Shown here: piece by piece, positions 18,761 through 28,000 of the stretch
Layout: the number at the start of each line of letters is the position of its first letter
Position numbering within the stretch: position 1 is the stretch's first letter
Position numbers and translations under genes: made by a program
Notes under the pieces: model-generated
What the model saw: only the letters and a program-made list of their open reading frames with translations
The model's database searches: none
Told to the model about the DNA's origin: nothing
Virus record (IMG/VR): IMGVR_UViG_3300010383_000113
Coordinates: 37,830-101,829 of that record
Length of the DNA stretch: 64,000 nucleotides
Strand: one strand, 5' to 3'
From: a virus
Taxonomy: Duplodnaviria; Heunggongvirae; Uroviricota; Caudoviricetes

Positions 18761-19885
18761 ATGAACAAGCGTCTGTTTTACGCCGCCATGCAGCTCGCCT
18801 TCTCGAAGGACGGTGCGACCCAGCCGTTCATCGCGGCACACGGCGTCCAGTCGGTCGGCCTCACGACCACCTTCAACCTGGAGCCGATCTTCGAGATCGG
18901 CCAGCTCAACGTCTACGAGTACCTGGAGCAGATCCCGGAAGTCGAGATGACCTGCGAGAAGGTCCTCGACGGCTACCCGCTGCTCTACCACCTGGCCACC
19001 AACGGGGCGACGATCGGCACCCTGGTGGGCCGCCAGAACATCACGACCGAGCCGGCCATCGGCGTCTTCGACGACACCGGCCTCTCGGCGGGCGACCCGG
19101 ATGCACCCAACGGCGGCGACCCCATCGCGGTGGTCCACTGCCCCCGGATGGTCCTCAACAGCTTCACCTACACGTTCAACGTCGACGGCCAGTTCACCGA
19201 GTCGATCACCCTCAGCGGCAATATCAAGCTCTGGAAGGACACCGAGGGGAGCGACACCCTCGCCACCTTCACCGGGGCGTTCACCGACGGCCTCGACAAG
19301 CCGAAGGTCAAGGTCCAGCAGCGTCAGGACCTCCTCTTCACCGACTACCCGGGCGAGACCTCGCCGTCGGGGGTCGACGAGAACGGGGCCACCAAGGCCT
19401 ACACGACCGTCCTGCCGCTCGACATCTACGGCGTCTCGAACACGGGCCGCAACGTCGTCGCGGCCGACGGCACCTGGACGGTCCCGGTCCAGTCGATCAC
19501 CGTCTCCTGCGACCTCAACCGCACCGACGTCAACCAGCTCGGCCGCAAGACCTACTACATCCGGTACATCAACTTCCCGGTCGAGATCCGGACCGAGATC
19601 GAGGTCCTGGCCACCAAGTGGGACGGCATCTCGGCCAGCGAGGCGGGCGGCCTGAACGGGGCCCCGGCCGGCTCCAACCTCAAGAACCAGACCATCCGGA
19701 TCCAGACGGCCGAGGGCACCCGGATCGACCTCGGGAGCCGCAACAAGCTCCAGAGCGTCGCGATGTCGGGCGGCGACGCCACCTCCGGCGGCTCCAACGT
19801 CGTGAACCGCTACTCCTACGTCGGCCAGAACTACGTCCTCATCACCCACCCCGAGGACCCGTCGTTCCCGCCCGAGACCCCCTGA
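18761..19885 (+). CDS. Major tail (tube) protein
   Basis: 374 aa, Thr/Gly-rich beta protein with strong codon bias, followed by a terminator and then chaperone/tape-measure genes. Confidence 0.7.
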   Translation: MNKRLFYAAMQLAFSKDGATQPFIAAHGVQSVGLTTTFNLEPIFEIGQLNVYEYLEQIPEVEMTCEKVLDGYPLLYHLATNGATIGTLVGRQNITTEPAIGVFDDTGLSAGDPDAPNGGDPIAVVHCPRMVLNSFTYTFNVDGQFTESITLSGNIKLWKDTEGSDTLATFTGAFTDGLDKPKVKVQQRQDLLFTDYPGETSPSGVDENGATKAYTTVLPLDIYGVSNTGRNVVAADGTWTVPVQSITVSCDLNRTDVNQLGRKTYYIRYINFPVEIRTEIEVLATKWDGISASEAGGLNGAPAGSNLKNQTIRIQTAEGTRIDLGSRNKLQSVAMSGGDATSGGSNVVNRYSYVGQNYVLITHPEDPSFPPETP

Positions 19886-19902
19886 CCCCCGCCTCGGACC
19901 GC

Positions 19903-19938
19903 GACGGCGGCGTATCTTCGGATGCGTCGCCGTTTTTT
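19903..19938 (+). terminator. Rho-independent terminator
   Basis: ACGGCGGCGTATC-TTCG-GATGCGTCGCCGT stem followed by a T run. Confidence 0.75.
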
Positions 19939-19955
19939 CATGCGAGGACATCAAC

Positions 19956-21071
19956 GTGACCGAATTCGAGCGGGCCGCCCTGGTCTCGCGGCTCACCTCC
20001 GGGGTCACGCCCCTCAAGGTCGGCGGGGTCCGCCTCTACGCCGGCCGCCCCTCCCCGGAACACCGGACGATCGCCTTCGAGGTCCGCGACGAGGCCTACC
20101 GCCGAGCCTGCTTCGAGGGGGCCTGGACCGCCGAGGCCGCCCGCACCCACCTGGTGGACGTCCTCAAGGCCTGGTCCGACGACCTGGACGAGCGGGAGAA
20201 GACCCTCGCCGCCCACGAGGACGACCTCCTGGCCGAACTATACAAGTCGCTGGCCGAGCCGGCCAAGACCGGGGGGCTGCGACGCGGGCTCCTGGCGATC
20301 CGCGACGAGCTGGCGGGCCTGCGGGCGAGGCGGACCCTGCTCGACGCCCACACCGCCGAGACGGCCGCCCGCCTGGCGATGGTCCGCTTCCTCACGGGCT
20401 GCTCGCTCCGGCACGCCGACGGCACCCCCTACTGGCCCGACCCCGACGCCGGCTGGGAGGAGCCCGACGTCCTCCTGGAGGCCGCCATGACGCGGCTCGC
20501 CGAGTTGCAGCCCACCCAGGGCCAGATCCGCGAGGTCGCCCGCTCGCCCGAGTGGGGCCAGGTCTGGTCGCTCCGCGACGCGGCGGCGGGCCTGGTCGAC
20601 GTGCCGGCCTCCGAGCTGATCGACGACCCCCTCGCCCCCCTGCTCCTCTGGACGTCCCTCTACCAGGAGGCCTCGCGTCGCCAGGACGGGCCGCCCCGGG
20701 CCGCGATCGAGGACGACGACCTGTTCGACGGCTGGCTCGTGATCGAGCGTCGGGGCCGCGAGATGGAGGACGACCCCACCGCCAGGCTCTACCGCAACAT
20801 CATCGGCCGCAACCCCCGGATGAACGGGGCCCAGGAGGTCTTCGTCCTCATGGACACGGCCAGGGAGAAGGGCTACGCCGCCGAGGCCGCCTCTCTCATC
20901 GACAGGTACACGGATGAAGAAGCACGTCGCATCAAGGCGGAACGGGCGGCGTATCTTAGGTCCGACGAGGCCCGCAGGCTCCGCGAGGAGCACGGCGGCA
21001 TCAACGACGTGTGCCTGCCCGACGTCAAGCGTCGGCTCCAGGCCGAATTCCTCAGCCAGAACAAGAGATGA
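19956..21071 (+). CDS. Tail assembly chaperone-region protein (putative)
   Basis: GTG start, GC3 bias, IEDDDLFDGWL motif; lies between tail tube and tape measure. Confidence 0.6.
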   Translation: MTEFERAALVSRLTSGVTPLKVGGVRLYAGRPSPEHRTIAFEVRDEAYRRACFEGAWTAEAARTHLVDVLKAWSDDLDEREKTLAAHEDDLLAELYKSLAEPAKTGGLRRGLLAIRDELAGLRARRTLLDAHTAETAARLAMVRFLTGCSLRHADGTPYWPDPDAGWEEPDVLLEAAMTRLAELQPTQGQIREVARSPEWGQVWSLRDAAAGLVDVPASELIDDPLAPLLLWTSLYQEASRRQDGPPRAAIEDDDLFDGWLVIERRGREMEDDPTARLYRNIIGRNPRMNGAQEVFVLMDTAREKGYAAEAASLIDRYTDEEARRIKAERAAYLRSDEARRLREEHGGINDVCLPDVKRRLQAEFLSQNKR

Positions 21072-21934
21072 CAATGGCCAAGAAGAAGATCGCCTTCAAG
21101 ACCATCGGCAGGGACCGCGACGGCGTCGAGGCCGAGGTCGAGCTGTGCGTCAAGGCCCCCAGTGCCGCCGTCCGCATCAACGCCGACCTCTACGGCAAGC
21201 GTCGCTACGCCGAGGCCGTCGAAAACAAGTGCCTCCTCATGGCCCACGTCGACGCCTACCTCCGCGAGCGTGAGATCTGGACCGACGCCGACCAGGAGGG
21301 CTTCGACGCCCTCTGCAAGGTGATCGCCGAGGGCGAGCTGAAGCTCAAGAAGGGGGGCGTCTCCAAGAAGGAGGCCCGCGACGTCGCCTTCGCCGTCCGT
21401 GCCGCCCGCCGGGCCTGCCACAACATGCTCATGGTCCGCCGCGACATCGAGAGCCGGACCGCCGAGGCGGTCGAGAACCAGGCCCGCTTCGAGTACCTGG
21501 TCGCCGGCTGCACCTTCTGGGACGGCGGCGACTGGCAGGGCTCCCCCTACTTCACGACCGACGGCCGCACCCCGTCCGTCGACCTCTACCTCGAACGGGG
21601 CGACGACGAGGACGCCCTGGCCGCCGCCGAGAAGGTCGCCGAGCTGCTCTACGGCGGGGACCGCGAGAAGACGCCCGAGGAGGCCTTCCTGCTCGAATAC
21701 GGCTTCGTGGACGCCGACGGCCGCCCCGTCGACAAGCAGGGCCGCCTGGTCGACCTCGACGGCAACCGGGTCGACGACGAGGGGTATTTAATCGACGAGG
21801 AGGGGCGACGCCTCGGACGCGACGGCAGGCCCTTCGAAGAGGTCGTCTTCACGCCCTTCCTGGACGACGAGGGCGAGGACGAGGCCGACGCCGAGGCCCC
21901 TCCGGACGGGGAGGAGCAGGGGGTCGAGGGCTGA
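21068..21934 (+). CDS. Tail assembly chaperone (putative)
   Basis: ATGA overlap; acidic C-terminus with DGRPVD/GRLVDLDGNRVDDEG repeats; immediately upstream of the tape measure gene. Confidence 0.6.
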   Translation: MTMAKKKIAFKTIGRDRDGVEAEVELCVKAPSAAVRINADLYGKRRYAEAVENKCLLMAHVDAYLREREIWTDADQEGFDALCKVIAEGELKLKKGGVSKKEARDVAFAVRAARRACHNMLMVRRDIESRTAEAVENQARFEYLVAGCTFWDGGDWQGSPYFTTDGRTPSVDLYLERGDDEDALAAAEKVAELLYGGDREKTPEEAFLLEYGFVDADGRPVDKQGRLVDLDGNRVDDEGYLIDEEGRRLGRDGRPFEEVVFTPFLDDEGEDEADAEAPPDGEEQGVEG

Positions 21935-22014
21935 CGGCGGGCGGGGCCGCAGCGGTTTCAAGAGGGCCGTGACCCGGGGTGCCGGCACGGCCCGCATCAC
22001 ATCGGCGGGGCGAC

Positions 22015-25000
22015 ATGGCCAAGGGCTTCCAGATCAACACGCGGCTCAACGTGGCCGGGGTCGACGGCATCGACGACGCCGTCCGCAAGATCCAGTCCCG
22101 CATCGGGGCGATCAAGGGCGGGCTCGACTTCCAGATCGACCCCTCGGCCCAGCGTCGGCTCCAGGGCCTCTCCAACCAGGTGACGGCCGTGGGCCGGTCG
22201 TCCCGGTCGGCCGCCCGCGAGATGTCCGGGCTCGGCGTCGCCGCCGGCTCGGTCTCCGTCCACGCCGACGTCGTCAACGTGGTCCAGAAGCTCGGCCGCG
22301 AGACCCGCAACGCGACCCGGGCGACCCGCGAATTGAAGTCCGAGGTCGACGCCCTCAAGAGCCAGAGCCGCCTGGCCGGCGAGGCGTTCGGCTCCACGGC
22401 CCGCCGCTACGGCACCTTCCTGGTCGTCGCCCGGGGCTTCCAGGCCGTCTCCTCGGCCATCGGCGACTCGATCTCCGAGGCCGTCAAGTTCCAGCACGAG
22501 ATGGTCCGGCTCTCGCAGATCGGCGGCACGTCGGCCAGGGCCGTCGCCGACATCGGGGCCGAGGTCGGGCGACTCGCCACCACGCTGGGGGCCTCGTCCC
22601 GCGACCTCTCCCAGGTCTCCGTGACCCTCCGCCAGGCGGGCCTCTCCGCGACCGAGACCAAGACCGCCCTCGAAGCCCTCGCCAAGACCACCCTCGCCCC
22701 CACCTTCGAGTCGCTCAAGAGCACGACCGAGGGCGTGATCGCGATGCGGCAGCAGTTCGGCGTCACGGCCGACGAGATCGAGAAGCGGCTCGGGGCCATC
22801 AACACGGTGTCGGGCGAGTTCGCCGTCGAGTCCGAGGACCTCGTCACCGCCATCAAGAAGGCGGGCGGGGCCTTCAAGGCGGCGTCGGGCGACCTCGTCT
22901 CCTCGGAGCAGAGCTTCAACCAGCTCCTCGCCCTCTTCACCTCGGTCCGGAACACCACCCGCGAGTCGGCCGACGAGATCGCGACCGGCATGCGGACCAT
23001 CTTCGCCCGCGTCCAGTCGAACGCGGTGGCCAACAGCCTCAAGGAGATGGGCGTCAACCTCCGGTACACCCGCGAGGAGGCCCAGGAGTTCGGCCGCGAC
23101 GTCGAGGGCCGGTTCGTCGGGGCCTACGAGGCCGTCCGCCGCCTGGCCGCCGCCACCAGCAACCTCCCCACGACCGACCCGCGATTCTCCCAGATCGTCG
23201 AGCAGCTCGGCGGTTTCCGCCAGATCTCCCGCGTGATCCCCCTGCTCCAGCAGTTCGGGACCGCCCAGAAGGCCTACACGACCGCCCAGGCCGGTGCCAA
23301 CTCCCTGACGGTCGACGCCGCGAAGGCCCAGGACTCGCTGATCGTCAAGACGTCCAAGCTCAAGGAAGAGTTGATGGACCTCGTCCGCACGTTCGCGGAC
23401 AACAAGGGCGTCCAGGCGATGGCGACCACCTTCCTCGACGCCGCCACGGCCGCCGTCAAGCTCGCCAAGTCCATCGAGCCCCTGGTCCCGCTCATCGCCG
23501 TGATCGGCTCCGCCAGGGCCCTCGGGGCCGCCAAGCAGTTCGGCATCGGGGCGATCGACAAGTTCCGCGACCTCGGGGCCCCGGCGACGAAGTACCCGAA
23601 GGAGGTCCGGCGACGCGACGGCGGCGTCATCCCCGGCCACGGCAGCGGCGACAAGGTCCCCCTCTGGGCCGAGCCCGGCGAGTTCGTCCTCCGCAAGTCG
23701 GCCGCCCGCAGGATCGGCTACGCCGCCCTCCAGGAGTGGAACGCCGGCAAGTACCAGCAGGGGGGCAGCGTCCGCAAGAAGCCCAGGGGCCACAGCCTGC
23801 CGATCCTCACCGAGCCCGGCGAATTCTACTTCGACCGCCGCGAGGTCGACCGCATCGGCCGCTCCCGCCTGGAGTACGCCAACCGCACGGGGCGGCTCCC
23901 CGAGGACGTCCTCGTCAAGATGGAGGAGGCCGACCCCCGCAACAAGCTCGCCCGGAAGCTGGCCGAGATCGGCGGCATGGGGGCGACCGTCGTCGGCCGC
24001 TACGCCAAGGGCGGGATCGTCCAGACCCCGTCGGCCCGGACCCTCGACTTCGAGCGGATCAAGCGGCTCCGCAGCATCGTGATCCCGACGCCCGCCGACG
24101 ACGGCGAGGGGGGCGTGGCCGGGAAGAAGCGGACCATGCAGGTCGACGGCGTCAGCCGCGTCCGCCGCCGGTTCGAGATCGACCCCGTCACCCGCCGGCC
24201 CACGGCCAGGGCCCGGTTCTACGCCAAGTCCCGCCAGATCCGCTACTCGGCCTCCAACATCGGCATGCCCGTCCCCGGCCACGTCCTCGGCGTCATCGGC
24301 CGGGGCGACGTGAAGCCGACCCCCGAGCAGCTCAAGAAGGTACTGGGATTCGCCAAGGGCGGGTCGATCAGCAAGGAGGAACTGGAGCGGCGGCTCAAAC
24401 TCCTCAACGAGAAACTCCCGCCCGAACTCCAGTCGTATGCCGAGCAACTCGCCCCTTTCTACGACACGGGCCGCAACACCCTCGCCAAGGGCAGGGGCAG
24501 CAAGTCCGTCCAATTCCGGGGCGTCATCAACGCCATCATCGGTTCGTCGCTCGGCGGATCCGCAGCGGGGCGTACGGGCACCCTGATCCAGCACATCGCC
24601 GACTCCGTCTCGGACATCTCGGACCCCCAGGATCTCACCGCCAGCCGCATCGAGATGATGGGGCGTTCCAATCGCAACCAGTTCATGACGAAGGGCGGTC
24701 GCCAGGCCGGGCTGATCGACGCCTTCGACTTCGGCGAGCTGGAAAGGATGATCGCCGAGGAGGCGGCGGCGGCCGTCTACGAAGCCCGCCACAAGCAGCT
24801 CGCCGACGTCAAGCGAGACCTGTCGGACGAGGAAGGGGGGTCGTGGCGTCGTCGTCGCAGCGGGGCGAAGAACTCGTTCCAGGCCTCCAACCCCCGCGTG
24901 ACCACGGCCGCCCAGGCCCGTGCGGAACGAGACGCCCTCGGGTTCACCGGCTTCAACGAGATGGTCGCCGCCCAGAGGGCCCGTCGCGAGGCCGAATCCC

Positions 25001-28000
25001 TCGTGCCCCCGGACCCGCGTCGCGTCGACGAGAGGGCCCGTCGCGGGCCGGCGTACCGCATCGGCGAGCAGGCGAACCAGGCCTCCGTCCGATCCGGGCT
25101 GGCGGGACGGGGACGCCTGCGGGGCCGGACGTCCGCGAGCGGAGGAGCAGGGATGGGGCCGTCTTCATCCCCTGCTCCCGCCTCCGCAGGAGGCGAACTG
25201 GCCCTCTATCGGCCGGGCGGGCGTGACCTGGTGCGGACTCCTCGCGGGCTGGCGACTTCCGGTGGCCGCGACCTGGCTTCGCGTGAGTTCCAGAAGACGG
25301 TCGAGCAGTTCGGCCGACACGTCGCGAAGTATGGACAATTCGGGGTCGAACTTTTCGACGGCCTGGAAGATGTCATCGACGTCGACTATCGCGTCGTCCG
25401 CCCCGCCGCCGCCCTGCCATCGCCGGGCATCCCGCTCGCCGACCGGGCCGACGCCTCGGTCGTCTTCGACGTCCCCGCGAATCGTGCGTCCGCCGGCTTC
25501 AAGCGGGTCGAGACGCCTCGCGGCACCACCTACGTCGCCGACGCCGACGGGTCCACGATCCCGCTGGCCTCGCAGGCGAGGATGGCGTCGCACCAGTTCT
25601 CGCCGTCGTCGCCCCCTCCCAAGCCGCCCGCGAAGCCGCCGATCCCCTTCGCCGGCCCCAAATCCCAGGGCATCGTGCCGCCGCGATTCGTCGACAGGCC
25701 CATCCCGGAGACCTACGCCCTCCTCGGCGAGGACCCGGCCGACTCGTACGCCCAGGGCGTGCGGACGAACCGGGCCCGGCTGATCGCGGGCATGGCCGTC
25801 GGGTCGCCGATGGACGCCGCACGCTACCAGGATCGTAACGCCGGCCGCATCCGCGAGGCCCTGGCCGACCGCTACTACCGAGCCCTCAAACCCCGGGTCG
25901 GCGTCGACATGTCCGACGAGGACGCCCGCAGTTATGCGGAGAGGGCCGTGGCCCGCCGCGAGCGGCGGGGCGGCATCTCCGGGGTCAACGACGCCCTCGT
26001 CAACTTCCTCTCGGCCGATCTCCGCCGCTCCGGCGTCGACGGCGGACGCTACGAAGAGGTCCTCGGCCGCCGCTACTCCCGGCTAACCGACATGGGCGGG
26101 GAGCGGCTCGGCCTGGAGAAGTACCATCGCGACCGCCTCCGGGCGTCCCGACCCGACGCGAATCCCGAGCGGATCGCACGGATCGCCCGCCGCCTGGCCG
26201 ACCGCAACATCCGGCACGACGCCTACGTGTCCCGCGAAGGCGACGACGTCTACCACGTCGGCCGCAACCAGAAGAGGTCCGGCGGTGCGTCGAACGCCGC
26301 CGTGGGACGCCGCTGGACGGGCCTCCTGTACGAGCGGGCCGCCTCGCGACTCGCGGGCGAGGCCGGGGTCGACGGGTCCATGCCGAGCCTCTGGGCCGAC
26401 CCGAACTACTCGCCGACCACGCCTCCGGCCCCGGCGAAGGGCGGCCGTTTCGGGCGTCTCGGCCGTGCGGGACGCGGCGTCGGTCGCCTGGCCCGGAAGG
26501 GGATCGGCCGGATCGGCCGCCGTGGCGGCCTGGGGCTGGGGGCTTCCGGGATCGCCGCCGCCGCCCTCTACGCGGACTACTTCGACCGCCAGGGCGGTGG
26601 CGACTACGACAGCGTCGAGGGGCTGGAGCGGAACCGGGGGTCGCGGACGACTCGCGGGGCCCTCACCTTCGGGGCCCTCGGCTTCCAGGCCGGGACGATG
26701 GCCGGCGGCCCCGTGGTCGGCGTCCTCGCGGGCCTGGCCGGGACGCTCTACGGCTTCGCGAACACCACCCGCGAGATCGACAAGGAGATCGCCGGGGTCA
26801 AGATCGGCGACTCGCTGGGCCGGCTTTCGAAGGCCATGGACGACGTGGCCGAGGGCCGCCGCTCGGTCGACGGCGTGGTGGGCGAGATCAACGCCCGGAG
26901 CAGGGAGGTCGGGAGGCTCTCCGCCGCCTCCGCCGTCGGGGCCGGGGACAACGCGGCCGACTCGATCTACAACGCCCTCGCCGACGTCCCGGTCCTGGGC
27001 CGCGTCGTCCAGTCGATCGACTCGGCGTCCTACGGGGGCCTGAGCTTCCTGGGCACGTCCGCCCTGGACAAGGAGAAGGCCGAGGCCGAGGCCCGGCTGA
27101 CGAAGGAGAGGGAGACCCTCAACCCCCTGCTCCCGCAGATCCGCCAGACCTTCCAGGAGTCGCTGTCCCGGAACGTCAAGCTCGACCCCAGCCTGTACCG
27201 GCTCACGCCCGGCGTGGACCCCGAGGAGCAGCGTCGGCGTCGGCGTTCGCTCATCCTGGGCGGGGGCGGCGGCGAGCTGATCCGGACGATCGCCCGGGTC
27301 CAGAAATCCTCGTTCGACGACGTCCTCCGGGACTTCGACCGCGACTTCGTCCAGGCGATGCGGAACCGACAGGCGGAGCAGGGGGCGAGGTTCCTGGAGA
27401 GCGACGGCGACCTCCAGCTCCGCCGCTTCGAGCGGCTCGGAGACGCCCTGGACGCGGCCACGTCCTCGCTGAAGGGCCTGCGTGAGGAGGCCGACGCCAT
27501 CGAGTCTCTGGCCACCGGGCGGGCCTCCTCGACCTCGATCTCCGGCATCTCCGACCGCGTCGACCTGATCGGCGGGCTCGACCCCTCGGCCGTCCGCGAC
27601 ACCACCCGGTTCGCCCGGGGTTCGCTCGGGTCCGTCGGGTCGGGCATCGTCGGCCGGTTCGGCGGCATGATCGAGGAGATGGACCAGGTCCGTCGCGAGC
27701 TGACGGGCCGGCTGGTCGACGCGGCGTCCGGTGGCGGCACGGGCGAGGGCGAGATCATCGGGACGCTCTCGAAGGCGTTCGAGGGCTTCTCGCCCGAGAC
27801 CCAGAAGCGGCTCAACAGCAAGCTCGACACGATGGACCCGAAGACGGTCCTCCAGGAGTTGACGGCGAACCCGGAGAAGCTCGCCCAGCAGATCGGCGAC
27901 AACGTCTTCAAGGAGACCGAGCAGGTCTGGAAGTCGGTCGTCAAGGGGCTGGAGGGGGCCTTCGCCGACTACGCGGGCGGCCGGAACCGGGGCCGCACCC

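Noticed and set aside
19956-21934. Programmed frameshift between the tail chaperone genes
   Set aside because: No clear slippery heptamer seen, and the second gene has its own ATG overlapping the first stop.
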